DNA of 64,000 nt, taken from an uncultured Gemmatimonadales bacterium. Its GTDB lineage: Bacteria; Gemmatimonadota; Gemmatimonadetes; Palauibacterales; Palauibacteraceae. Location: the NCBI GenBank assembly GCA_963783385.1, contig CAWANJ010000001.1:128001-192000 (forward strand), written 5' to 3'. The notes beneath the pieces were generated by a model that was given only the letters and a program-made list of their open reading frames with translations, searched no databases and was not told where the DNA came from. Made by a program: the position numbers and the translations under genes. Below are positions 8,451 through 18,593 of the stretch, in pieces (the first letter of the stretch is position 1; every line of letters starts with the position of its first letter).

Positions 8451-9839
8451 ATGAGAGGAGCGCTACGCAGCGCGGCGGCGGTTGTGGCCGCGGGCCTGTG
8501 GATCGGAGCCCCGATGATGCTCGGGGCCCAGGAGGCCCATCCGGACATGGGCTTCAAGAGCGAGGTCAAGACGGGGGGCAGCCCCAACATCCAGGTGCTG
8601 AGCCACCTCCCGGTGGGCGGCTACTTCGCCGCGGCGGACATCGAGATGGAGCAAGCCCCCGGACGTCCCTACGTATACGTGTCCATGATGGTCGGGACGC
8701 CGGACGGCCCGGGCACGGACGTCGTGGACGTGAGCGACCCGAGCCACGCCAAGGTGATCTACAAGTACCGGATCCCCAACCCCTCCCTGCACCAGGGCTC
8801 GGGCGGCATGGACGGGAAGTACTTCAAGCTGAACGACCACTACTATTACGTGCAGTCGTTCCAGTTTCAGCAGGGAACGCCCGACGCCGACCTCGGCGCC
8901 GTCGTCCTCGACGTAACCGGGCTCCCGGACGCCAAGAAGGTCAAGGTCGTAGCGGAAATCCGGAACCCGGACGAGCCGGGCGGCTTCCACAACATCTTCG
9001 CCTACAAGGCGTCCGATGGCCGTGACCTGCTGTTCACCACGGTCTCCGGCGATCACGCCAACATCTACGACCTGGCCAAGGTCGTGGCCGGGCACCCGGA
9101 CCAGGCGCTGGTCGGCAAGATCCCGGATCCGGTGGGGCAGGCCCAGCGCGCCTTCTATCACGACTTCTACGTGGCCTACGATCCGGCCACGCAGCAGGAC
9201 AAGTTCTACGGCGCCGGGGGGGGCGGTTACTTCGTATACGACGTGACCAAGCCCGAGAGCCCCAAGCTCCTCACCTCGATCCAGGGCGTGGCGGGCGTCA
9301 CCTGGGGTCACACGTTCACCCCCGATCCCAACGGGCGCTTCGCGGTCACCGAGACCGAGTACCAGTACGCGCCGCTCCGCCTGTTCGACCTGCAGCCGGG
9401 TCTCGAGGGCAAGACGTCGACGATCAACCACGCGATCAGCGCGTGGACGGCCGACTGGCGCGACCTCGCGCACAACCACGAGGTCCGCTGGCCGTACGTG
9501 TTCGTCTCCGGGTACGAGGACGGACTTCAGGTGTTCACGATGTACGATCCCTATCACCCCAAGACCGTCGGCTGGCACTACACCTGCGGCTGCAAGCACG
9601 CCGACGGGTACGGTGGTTGGCAGATCCTGCCCAAGCACGGCACCAGCGTGATGCAGGGTGCGTTCGGCGTGGACGTTCGCAATCGGGACGGCCTCATCGT
9701 GCTCAGCGACTCCAACAGCGGACTGTGGGTCTTCCGCATGGACGGATTCACCGGCTGGGATGGCAATGACTGGGGCATGCCTAACATCTCCAGCGTGCAG
9801 GACTGGGATCACGGTCCGGCGTACCAGGCCACACACTAG
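8451..9839 (+). CDS. Exported LVIVD-repeat (choice-of-anchor B-like) beta-propeller protein
   Basis: Signal peptide; repeats 'DVVDVSDPSH', 'VVLDVT', 'FVYDVTKPESP', 'GYEDGLQVF', 'SDSNSGLWVF'; His motifs HNIF, YHDF, GHTF, AHNH. Confidence 0.75.
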   Translation: MRGALRSAAAVVAAGLWIGAPMMLGAQEAHPDMGFKSEVKTGGSPNIQVLSHLPVGGYFAAADIEMEQAPGRPYVYVSMMVGTPDGPGTDVVDVSDPSHAKVIYKYRIPNPSLHQGSGGMDGKYFKLNDHYYYVQSFQFQQGTPDADLGAVVLDVTGLPDAKKVKVVAEIRNPDEPGGFHNIFAYKASDGRDLLFTTVSGDHANIYDLAKVVAGHPDQALVGKIPDPVGQAQRAFYHDFYVAYDPATQQDKFYGAGGGGYFVYDVTKPESPKLLTSIQGVAGVTWGHTFTPDPNGRFAVTETEYQYAPLRLFDLQPGLEGKTSTINHAISAWTADWRDLAHNHEVRWPYVFVSGYEDGLQVFTMYDPYHPKTVGWHYTCGCKHADGYGGWQILPKHGTSVMQGAFGVDVRNRDGLIVLSDSNSGLWVFRMDGFTGWDGNDWGMPNISSVQDWDHGPAYQATH

Positions 9840-9892
9840 CGAGGAAGCGAGTCTCCGGACCGCCCGTCGGCCCGGAGGTCGCCCGGAGCGCC

Positions 9893-11002
9893 GTGTCCGA
9901 CCGCGCGGGTAGCCGCGGTCGGCCGGCACCCGGGAGCGCCGAACATCGCGGCCACGAGGCCGCCGCGCCCCGCACCGGGGCCGCGGCGGCCTCGTCGTAT
10001 CACCCCCTCCCCTTCCATCCGGCGCCCTGGCTCCCGGGCCCGCACGCGCAGACGCTGGCGGGCCGGCTGCTACGCCGGCCCGGGGCGCCCCCCTACCGCC
10101 GCGAGCGCCTGCAAACGCCGGACGGCGACTTCCTGGACCTCGATCGTCTCCACGACGCACCGGCTGCCTCCGACGTGCTGGTCCTGCACGGTCTCGAGGG
10201 CTCCTCGGCGTCGGGGTACGTGCGCGAAGCGGTCATGCGCCTGCGGGAGCGCGGCCTGCACGCTGCCGGCCTGAACTTTCGCTCGTGCAGCGGCGAGCCC
10301 AACCGAGCGCGCCGCTTCTACCATGCCGGCGACACACTCGACCTCGCCTTCGTCCTCGAGCGGCTCGTGGAGGCACGCCGTGGACGGCCCGTCGGACTCG
10401 TCGGCTTCTCCCTGGGCGGCAACGTGTTGCTCCGCTACCTGGAGGAGCGCCAGGCGTCGGCCGCGGAGCAGGTGTCCGCCGCGGTCGCCATCTCGGTGCC
10501 CTTCGACCTGGCCGTGGCCGCCGACAACATGGAGCGACTGCCGGGGAGCCTGTACGGCGCGTCCTTCCTGCGCTCCCTGAGACGCTCGGTCGAGGCCAAG
10601 GTGCGGCGGCGTGGTGTGGACCTTCCCCTGGAAGCCGTCCGCGCCGCCGGCACGCTCCGCGAGTTCGACTGTGCGCTCACCGCCCCGGTGCACGGCTTCG
10701 CGAGCGTGGAAGACTACTACGCCCGGTCCAGCTCGGGGCGAGCGCTGGACCGGGTGCGCGTGCCCACCCTGGTCGTGCACGCTCTCGACGACCCGTTCGT
10801 TCCCGCCTCCGCCCTGCCGGTCGCGGCCCTGTCCGGCAACGCATGGATCCATGCCGCCCTCCACGAGCACGGCGGCCACGTGGGCTTCGTGGAGGGACCG
10901 GCCCCGTGGGAGGCCCTCTTCTGGGCCGAGCGCGAGGCGGCCCGCTTCCTGGCCGCTCCCCCGGCGGCGCCGCCCGACGGTTGTTCGGGTCCCGAGCCGT
11001 AA
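9893..11002 (+). CDS. YheT-family alpha/beta hydrolase
   Basis: 'WLPGPHAQT', 'TPDGDFLDLD', 'HGLEGSS', nucleophile 'GFSLGG', 'DDPF', 'GGHVGF'. Confidence 0.9.
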   Translation: MSDRAGSRGRPAPGSAEHRGHEAAAPRTGAAAASSYHPLPFHPAPWLPGPHAQTLAGRLLRRPGAPPYRRERLQTPDGDFLDLDRLHDAPAASDVLVLHGLEGSSASGYVREAVMRLRERGLHAAGLNFRSCSGEPNRARRFYHAGDTLDLAFVLERLVEARRGRPVGLVGFSLGGNVLLRYLEERQASAAEQVSAAVAISVPFDLAVAADNMERLPGSLYGASFLRSLRRSVEAKVRRRGVDLPLEAVRAAGTLREFDCALTAPVHGFASVEDYYARSSSGRALDRVRVPTLVVHALDDPFVPASALPVAALSGNAWIHAALHEHGGHVGFVEGPAPWEALFWAEREAARFLAAPPAAPPDGCSGPEP

Positions 11003-11009
11003 CTATCCT
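10981..11009 (+). promoter_or_regulatory. Possible sigma70-like promoter for gntR
   Basis: TTGTTC, 17-bp spacer, TATCCT, about 65 nt upstream of the start. Confidence 0.35.
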
Positions 11010-11073
11010 CAAGCCGATCGATTAGCGTCGCCAAACCCCCGGCTCGCGCCGGACATCCACCGGAGTCCACCAC

Positions 11074-11754
11074 GTGCCGACCCTGAGCCACCCGGAGCCG
11101 CTGCGCAACGAGGTCCGCAGGATCGTGCTGGAGAGGGTGCTGAGGGGGGAGCTGGCCCCGGGCGAGGACATCAACGAGACGGAGCTGGCCGAGCAGCTCG
11201 GCATCAGCCGCACGCCGCTCCGGGAGGCCCTCCTGGGCCTGGAGCACGAACGGCTGGTGGGCTCGAGCCAGGGACGCGGCTTCTACGTGTGGCCCCTGAG
11301 CGCCCGCGAGGCTCTCGACCTCTACGACGTCGTGGCCGGACTCGAGGGCTTCGGGCTCCGCAGCCTGGAGGAGGTCCCCGGGGGCCTGGTGGACGACCTG
11401 CGGCGCCTCAACGCCCGACTGGCCGACCTGGACGACGATCCGAGGCAGATGCAGGAGGTCGCGGAGCGCTGGCACGAGACCCTGCTGGCCGCCCTCGACG
11501 ACGTCCCCCTCGACGAGCTCCTCGACCTGGCCCGCAACCGCCTGCACCGCTACGTGCTGTTCGGGTTCGAGTTCGCGGTGGCGTACGGAACGGACGACCG
11601 GGACCTGGCCGTCCGCGAGCACCGCGCCATCGCCGACGCGCTAGAGCGCGGGGAGCTGGAGCGGGCGGCGTCGCTGCTCGAGACGCACCGCCGCCACGGC
11701 ATGGTGCTGCTCGAGCGCTGGCTGGAGGAGGCGAGCGAGACGCGCCCGAACTGA
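11074..11754 (+). CDS. GntR-family transcriptional regulator (FCD domain)
   Basis: wHTH 'GELAPGEDINETELAEQLGISRTPLREAL'; FCD-like 'EHRAIADALERG...H'. Confidence 0.92.
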   Translation: MPTLSHPEPLRNEVRRIVLERVLRGELAPGEDINETELAEQLGISRTPLREALLGLEHERLVGSSQGRGFYVWPLSAREALDLYDVVAGLEGFGLRSLEEVPGGLVDDLRRLNARLADLDDDPRQMQEVAERWHETLLAALDDVPLDELLDLARNRLHRYVLFGFEFAVAYGTDDRDLAVREHRAIADALERGELERAASLLETHRRHGMVLLERWLEEASETRPN

Positions 11755-11805
11755 GTCCCTCCGAGGCGACCTCTCGGCGTTCCGGCCGCGAGGCGACGAC
11801 CGGAT

Positions 11806-11847
11806 GTGACGAAGGGCCGGGGTGATCCCCGGCCCTTTCGTCGTCAC
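11806..11847. terminator. Hairpin terminator between convergent gntR and susD
   Basis: GAAGGGCCGGGG-tgat-CCCCGGCCCTTTC stem with extended flanking pairing. Confidence 0.7.
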
Positions 11848-11913
11848 GAGCCCGGAGCTTGGGCTCCGGCCCGCTTCGTACCCTTCAGTGGCTCCGCTCC
11901 GGGAGCGCGCCCG

Positions 11914-13365
11914 CTACTGCCGGGCGTTCTGCTCGTCGAGCGGCACGGGATACGCCTTGTTCACGTAGCTCTCGTTCGCGCCCTGCGGCAGGTAGGCCGG
12001 ATTGTCCAGCAGGCCGTAGTGCCTGAGATCGATCCAGCGATGCCCTCCCTCGAACAGCAGCGAGAACTGCTTCTCGTACAGAAGCGCGTTCAGGGCCTGG
12101 TCGTGGCTCGTGAACGCGGGCAGCGGATCCAGTTTCCCGGACTTCGTCCGCACCTCGTTGAGGTCCGTCAGCGCCGCCCCGAGGTTGCCGAGCCCAATGT
12201 TGGCCTCGGCCCGCAGGAGGAGGAGCTCCTCGTTGCGGATGATGGGGACGGGCGACGTCAGGCTCGTATACAGGTTGAACCCGATATCCGACCCCGGACC
12301 GCTGAAGCTGCGGAAATTGATCGCGCGCGTCTTGCGAAGATAGCGGTCGTCCATCTGACCGTTGGACTGCATCTGCGCGCTGGCCGAATCGAACGGATTC
12401 GCCCGGATGTTCGGGTCGTCGCTGGGCTGGTACAGACCGTTGGTCTGGTCACCCGATCCGGTACCGTACACATCGTAGGCGCCCAGGTCGAAGGACGCGG
12501 TGCTGTCCACGAACGAATTGGACAGCGCGGTCAGCGCGCCGCTGAAGTCATCCGTGTACACGTCCACCCGCGCCTTGATGGCACGGTTGACGGTAGCGAA
12601 GGTGGCCGGCGTGTCGAAGCCGTCGAAGCCGGTGGTGAGCTGGAACGGGAAGTCCGCGCCGTCCCCGGCCGCCGTCTGGAGCTGCGAATTCGCATCGTCC
12701 AGCAGCGTCTTGATGTGCGCGTACACCGCGGCCTTGTTGACCGCCGGGGCCGGACCCGCGTTCACGTCCGTGCCCACGTCGACCGGGCAGCCCAGGCTGC
12801 CGTCGCAGTTGGTGTCGCGCGTCTCGACGATGACCAGGAAGTCGAGCGCCTGGATCGTCTTCACGAAGCCGATCGTGGCCGCCTTCTCGCCGGCCGACAG
12901 CTGGTCGGTGCCGACCGAGGCCACTCCGTCCAGCACGATGTTGGCCAGCCGGATGTTGGCGTACGGTGCGGCCCAAAGGCCCGCCCCGAAGCCGCCCGCG
13001 TTGAGCGGACCCTGGAGCAGCTCGTTGACGAACCGCGGATCGGCCACGTCGAGGACGTAGGACTCGCGGCCCAGAACGCCCATGGCGGATACCACGCCGA
13101 GCTCGCCGTCCTGGTAACCGCGGTGTCCGATCTCCATCCCCTGGATCGCGGCCGCGATCGAGGCCCGATCCGGTGAGGTCTGGAGGGCGCCCAGGTCCCC
13201 TCCGTTGTAGTTGGGTGTCTCCAGGTTCTTGCAGGCCGCCAGCCCCAGGAGCAGGGCCACGGCCATGACCTGGCTCGCGTGTCTACGCATCGAATGTCGC
13301 ATCGTCGCTCTCCATCCCCCTGAAGTCGTCATCGCCCCTTCGGATCCGCGCGTGTCGGTCCGCAT
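11914..13365 (-). CDS. RagB/SusD-family lipoprotein (paralogue 2)
   Basis: Lipobox LAAC; 'IRNEELLLLRAEA...LNEVR...LLYEKQFSLLFEGGHRWIDLR'; true start may be 13332 or later. Confidence 0.9.
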   Translation of the reverse strand: MRTDTRGSEGAMTTSGGWRATMRHSMRRHASQVMAVALLLGLAACKNLETPNYNGGDLGALQTSPDRASIAAAIQGMEIGHRGYQDGELGVVSAMGVLGRESYVLDVADPRFVNELLQGPLNAGGFGAGLWAAPYANIRLANIVLDGVASVGTDQLSAGEKAATIGFVKTIQALDFLVIVETRDTNCDGSLGCPVDVGTDVNAGPAPAVNKAAVYAHIKTLLDDANSQLQTAAGDGADFPFQLTTGFDGFDTPATFATVNRAIKARVDVYTDDFSGALTALSNSFVDSTASFDLGAYDVYGTGSGDQTNGLYQPSDDPNIRANPFDSASAQMQSNGQMDDRYLRKTRAINFRSFSGPGSDIGFNLYTSLTSPVPIIRNEELLLLRAEANIGLGNLGAALTDLNEVRTKSGKLDPLPAFTSHDQALNALLYEKQFSLLFEGGHRWIDLRHYGLLDNPAYLPQGANESYVNKAYPVPLDEQNARQ

Positions 13366-13368
13366 GGC

Positions 13369-16366
13369 TCAGAACCCCAGGTCCACGCCGAACCAGAAGC
13401 TCCGGCTCGGCGGGTAGGGGGCCACGTCGACGTTCCGACCGACCTGCTGGTTGCCGAAGTTGCTCACTTCGGGGTCGAGGCCCTTGTAGGGGGTGAAGGT
13501 GAACAGGTTGCGACCGCTCGCCGTGAACCGGACGCTCCGGAACGCCCCGCCGAACAGGCTGTGCACGGCGGCGTCCGGAAGCTGGTAGGAGAGCGACACC
13601 TCCCGAACCTTCAGGAACGAGCCCGACTGCGTGTATCCGCGGGCGTAGCCGCCCACGAAGCCGAGCAGGCGCTCGATGCCGTAGCAGTCGGGGAAGCACT
13701 CGGTCACCGGCCGCACGTTGCCGTCCGGCGTCGTGTAGTCCGGGCTGTTCCCGTACGCGTCGTACAGGAGCTGGGTCAGGTTGACGATGTCCTGCCCCTT
13801 GCGCCAGTCGAGCAGCCCGTACAGGCGCAGGCCCGCGTAGCGGAAGTCGTTGGAGAACGAAATCTCGAAGTCCGGGGTCGAGTTGCCCAGCGTCACCAGC
13901 TTCTGGGACCCGTCCGGGTTCGTGCCGGCCGTGCCGACGATCTGCGTGGCCGAGTGGCCCTGCTGAATGTAGAAGGCGCCCAGCGACGTTCCGAACCCGG
14001 CGTTCGACGGAATGAACGCGGGCACCGGCAGCGTCTGCACCCGGCTGCGGTTGAACTGGAAGTTGGTGCGTGACACCCAGCTGAAGTTGCCGGTCGCGAT
14101 GGGCGTGATGCCCAGCGAAGCCTCGCCGCCCCACGTGCGCAGCTCGCCGCCGTTGAAGAACTCGTTGGTGAAGCCCGTCGACGGCGCCACGCGCCGCTGC
14201 AGGATGAGGTCGCTGATCTTGTGGATGTAACCGGTCAGCGACAGCGTGGCGCGGCTGTCCAGGCCCGTGATGTCGGTCCCGAACTCGAACTCCGACTGGC
14301 GCTCGGGCTTGATGGCCGCGTCGCCCACGTTCCCGGGGAGCGCGAAGCCCTGGATCCCCTGAATGTTGCTGGTCACGCCCAGCGTGGTGAACTTCTGCTG
14401 CGCCTGCGGCTCGTTCCCCGTCTGTCCGAACGCGGCGCGCAGCTTGATCTCGTCGAACGGCCCGCCGAGGTTCGGGAACCGGAAGGACGCCGACGCCTTC
14501 GGATAGTAGTACAGGTGGGTGGGATCCCCGTTGGCGCCGCTCTGGTCGGCCCGGACCGCGCCGGTCAGCAGGAGCCGCTGGTTCATCCCCAGGAACTCCT
14601 CCTGGAGATAGAACCCGAAGTCCTTGACCTTGACCCGGTTCTGGAAGACCGCGATCTGTGTCCCCGCGTCGACCTTCCTCAGGCCGCCGTTCAGGTTCTG
14701 GGCCACGGTGCGGTCGATGTTCTGGTCGTTGCTCGAGTAGCTGGCTCCGGCCAATGTGGTGGCCGTGAAGGAGCCTGAGGACGGCGTGTACTTGTAGACG
14801 CCGTTGAGCTGGGCGGTCAGAGCCAGGTTGTTCGACTTGCTCAGCACCTCGGTGCCGGGCAGGCCGTCGGACGGCTCGAAGAAGACGCTCGGCGGAGAGA
14901 ACACGTCGTTCGTCTGGCCGAACCAGTCGGCCCCGCCGTTGAACACGAACTTGAGGTCGTTGTTGTCGTTGGCCACCGGATGGAACTCGGCGTTGGTCGA
15001 GCCCAGCAGGTGCCAGACGTTCTCGTCGTTCTGCAGCAGCGCCGCCGTCTGCAGCGGGTTGCTCAGGTTCCCCTGCGACACGTTCGGGATGAAGTTCCCC
15101 TGCGCGTCCTCCAGGGGCACGAAGCTCGGCGTGGCCGACAACACCATGTAGTAGCTGGTCTGGCTATTGTCGTTGTTGGTCAGGCCGCGGTTCGCCCACG
15201 TGCGGATGATGTTGCTGTTCAGCGTGATGTTGAACAGGTCGCCGAACTTCTGGGTCAGGTTCACCCGCCCCGACTCCTTCTCGAAGCCGGTGTTCTGGAC
15301 GATCCCCTTGTCCTTCCTGGCCAGGAGCGACCCGAAGTACTGCGTCTGGTCCGTGCCGCCGCTCGCCGAGCCGGAGCCCTGCCAGGACGGGTAGTGGTGC
15401 CCGGCCAGCTCCTTCTCGTGATCGAAGAACTTGCCGCCGTTGGCCGTATACACGGCCCCGAGCCCCGTCGCGTCCTGGGCATCCTGGGCGGAAGTGAAGC
15501 GGCGGGCGCCGATCGTGTTGGACAGCGAGTAGGTCCCGAGCTGGCCGCTCGAGCCGCACCCGCGGCTTGCCGGCCGAGCCATGCTTGGTGGTGATGATGA
15601 CCACGCCGTTGGACGCCTTGCCGCCGTAGATGGCCGCCGCGGCCGCACCCTTGAGGACCTCGATGCTGGCGATGTCCTCGGGGTTGAGGTCGGCCAGGCG
15701 GTTGACCGCGTTGTCCTGGCTGGAAGCGTTCTGGCCGCCCGACGCGGACGTGATCGCGTTGGCGTCCGAGGCGATGGCCGCGTCGCTCACGATCTGCCCG
15801 TCGATGACGAACAGCGGCGAGGCGGACGCGTTGATCGAGGAGATGCCGCGCAGCTGCACCTGCACGCCGCCGCCCGGGGCGCCGGAGTTGGAGGAGATCG
15901 TGGCTCCGGCCACCTTGCCGGCCAGCGCCTTGTCCACCGTCTCCTGCGGGACCTCGTTGAGCTGCTCGCTGTTGACCGTCGAGATCGCGTTGGCCGCGTT
16001 CTGCTGCGAGATCTGCGTGGCCTTACCGGTGACGACCAGCTCCTGCACCTGCAGGTAGTCGGTGAACAGCTTCAACGTGATCTGATTCGTTCCGGCCGGA
16101 ACCCTCACCTGGCGGCTCCGGTAGCCGATCCTGGAGATCTGCAGCGTGACCGGACCCGACGGCACGCCGTTGAGGACGAAGGTGCCGTTGTCCTCGCCGA
16201 GCACGCCGATCCGTGTGCCCATGACGATGACGTTCGGATTGGCCACCGGCTGCGCGCTGACGCTGTCGACGACCGTTCCACGGATGGTGCGTTCCTGGGC
16301 GTGCGCGGGTGTGACCGCGAACGCCGCGAGAACGAGTGTTACGAGCAAACCGAGCTTGTACCTCAC
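13369..16366 (-). CDS. SusC/RagA TonB-linked transporter (paralogue 2), +1 frameshift near 15550
   Basis: GTG at 16366 with GGGGAGG RBS; N-terminal part and plug in ORF 15164..16537, barrel in ORF 13369..15648; deleting one base from TCGA at 15549-15552 joins them (RL-SGQLGTY). Confidence 0.9.
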
Positions 16367-16633
16367 GTGCCTCCCCCTGTCCGAGGTTAGGCGGAGCGGG
16401 AGCCCGAAGGGTCCACCAGCCCGGAGGGCCGGGACGGACGCGCGACGGGCAAGCGAACGGGACCGATGTCTATAGCGGAACCGCCCCGGCACCCGGCAAT
16501 TCGGGAGAGGCGGAGCGAGCCATACGTGCAGCCGCACCTCGGCCGAGGGGATCGGCGAGATGGGTCGCTACAGGCCGTGTCGCCGGGGCGACGCGGCGCG
16601 GAAGTGGACGGCACGAACATCAGCATTGCGTGT

Positions 16634-16661
16634 ATATTGTGTTTTACTGGAGGTGTGTCAA
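16634..16661 (-). promoter_or_regulatory. Possible promoter for susC-susD (pair 2)
   Basis: Perfect TTGACA (16661-16656) followed by an AT-rich tract; the -10 is weak (CAATAT at 16-bp spacing). Confidence 0.4.
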
Positions 16662-16723
16662 GACTTCGTAACGGACCGACTGGGACATTTCGTCCTAATC
16701 GGTCCTCGGCGCCGGGGACGCTG

Positions 16724-17212
16724 ATGCCGGGCGAATCGACTGCCATACCGAAGCCTACGGAAGAGGGTCGGGTCACGCTGCGCTGCGGCTTCTGCCGCAC
16801 CCTGAACCAGGTGGAGCTCGCCCGTGCCGACCAACGGCCCCGCTGCGCGGACTGTTCCCGGCCCATGCTCCTGGACCGGCCCGTCCGCCTGGAGGGAGAG
16901 GACTTCACCCGGACCGTCGAGGAAGCCGGCGCTCCGGTCCTGGTCGACTTCTACGCCGACTGGTGCGGTCCGTGCAAGATGATGGCTCCGGTGCTGGACG
17001 ATCTCGCCAGCCGTCACGCCGGCTCCCTGCTGGTCGCCAAGCTGGATACGGATCGCTGGCCCGACGTGGCGGGCCGCTTCGGGATCCGCGGCATCCCCAC
17101 CCTGATCCTGTTCGACGGAGGGCGCGAGGTCGCGCGGGAGACCGGCGCCGTGCCCCGCGAGCGCCTCGAGGCCCTGCTGGCCGCTCACACGCGGATCGTG
17201 CCCTCGAGGTAG
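16724..17212 (+). CDS. trxC: Thioredoxin 2 with N-terminal zinc finger
   Basis: CGFC...CADC zinc finger followed by 'VLVDFYADWCGPCK' and 'IRGIPTL'. Confidence 0.9.
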   Translation: MPGESTAIPKPTEEGRVTLRCGFCRTLNQVELARADQRPRCADCSRPMLLDRPVRLEGEDFTRTVEEAGAPVLVDFYADWCGPCKMMAPVLDDLASRHAGSLLVAKLDTDRWPDVAGRFGIRGIPTLILFDGGREVARETGAVPRERLEALLAAHTRIVPSR

Positions 17213-17976
17213 AGCACGGCCCGGCCGGCCAGGCGGACCCGGTCCGCGACCACCTCGCACAGCACCTCGCCCCCCCGACGCGACAGCTGCCTGGCCCTCA
17301 GGCGGTTCCTGCCCAGCCGATCGGCCCACACGGGCGCCAGCTCGCAGTGGGCCGAGCCCGTGACCGGATCCTCGGGCACGCCGAGCGCCGGTGCAAAGAA
17401 GCGGGACACGAAGTCGATCCCGGGCTCCTCGCTTTCCGCCGTGACGGCCACGCCGCGCCGATCCAGCCGGGCCAGCCCCGCCATGTCGGGCTCCAGGGCC
17501 CGAACGGCTTCTTCCGAGGGCAGGATCGCCACGTAGTCGCTGGCGGCCAGGACTTCGAGGGGCGTGGTCCCGAGCGCCGCGGCCAGTCCCGCGGGTGCCT
17601 CGCACGGCTCCGGCGGCAGCGCCGGGAAGTCCATGACCAGCCGCTCGCCCTCCCGGTGGACCTCCAGCTCGCCGCTGCGGGTCCGGAAGCGTACACCGTG
17701 CAGCGACGGCTCCATGTAGCGCAGGAGCACGTGCGCCGTGGCCAGGGTCGCGTGTCCGCACAGGTCGACCTCGTCCACGGGGGTGAACCACCGGAGGTGG
17801 TACGCGTCCCCGGGGGACTCGGGGACGAAGAAGGCGGTCTCCGACAGGTTGTTCTCGGCGGCGATCGATCGCAGGAGGTCGTCGGCGGGCCACTCCACGA
17901 GCGGACACACCGCGGCCGGATTGCCCGCGAACAGCCGCTCGGCGAACGCGTCGACCTGGAACATCCGGATGTCCAC
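17185..17976 (-). CDS. PhzF-family isomerase/epimerase
   Basis: 'QVDAF...GNPAAV', 'NLSETAF', 'EVDLCGHATLA', 'EDPVTGSAH'. Confidence 0.93.
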   Translation of the reverse strand: MDIRMFQVDAFAERLFAGNPAAVCPLVEWPADDLLRSIAAENNLSETAFFVPESPGDAYHLRWFTPVDEVDLCGHATLATAHVLLRYMEPSLHGVRFRTRSGELEVHREGERLVMDFPALPPEPCEAPAGLAAALGTTPLEVLAASDYVAILPSEEAVRALEPDMAGLARLDRRGVAVTAESEEPGIDFVSRFFAPALGVPEDPVTGSAHCELAPVWADRLGRNRLRARQLSRRGGEVLCEVVADRVRLAGRAVLYLEGTIRV

Positions 17977-18216
17977 GTGCTCCTCTCCTCCGGTGGTGTG
18001 CGCATCGTCCCGGTGACCGGCGCCCGCGGCGCCGGGAGGCTAAGGTACCGCTACGACCGGCCGAATCAACCGGGGCGTCGCGGCGGCCGCCTCTCCTGAA
18101 ACTCCCGGCGGCGCCCAGCCGTAGAGAGGATCGAGGCGGGCGTGCGTCCGCCTCAGGCGCGCATTGTCGCGCCGCGGCGCCCGACCACCGACATCCACCA
18201 GCCCGAGGAAGGGACC

Positions 18217-18540
18217 ATGGCGGAGACTCTCGCCGTATTCATTCCGATCGTGTTCATCCTCTCCGTCGCGGGCGTGCTCATCCTGCGGCCGCTCACCAAG
18301 CGCCTCGGCACCCTGCTCGAGGCCTACGCCCAGGACCGGGTCGCCTCCCGTACCGAGGACCGCCAGCTCGATTCGATGCGGGACCGATTCGAGAGCCTGG
18401 ACCGACGACTGGACGTGCTGGAAGAGCGCATGGGCTTCACCGAGGAGCTGGTCGGTCGCCGGCCGGCCGAGCGGGTCCAGCCCCCCGAGGAAGGGGCGCG
18501 ATCGTCGACGACGGCCGCACGCCTGGCCGGGCACGGCTGA
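18217..18540 (+). CDS. Small membrane protein: one TM helix plus coiled coil
   Basis: RBS GAGGAAGGG before ATG; TM segment 'LAVFIPIVFILSVAGVLIL'; heptads 'MRDRFESLDRRLDVLEERMGFTEEL'. Confidence 0.7.
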   Translation: MAETLAVFIPIVFILSVAGVLILRPLTKRLGTLLEAYAQDRVASRTEDRQLDSMRDRFESLDRRLDVLEERMGFTEELVGRRPAERVQPPEEGARSSTTAARLAGHG

Positions 18541-18593
18541 GCCGCCCCGCCGCCCGACCCCCGGGCCGCGGCCCCGCCGCCGGGACGCCCCCC

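Noticed and set aside
17185-17976. Phenazine biosynthesis cluster
   Set aside because: Stand-alone PhzF-family gene with no other phz genes.
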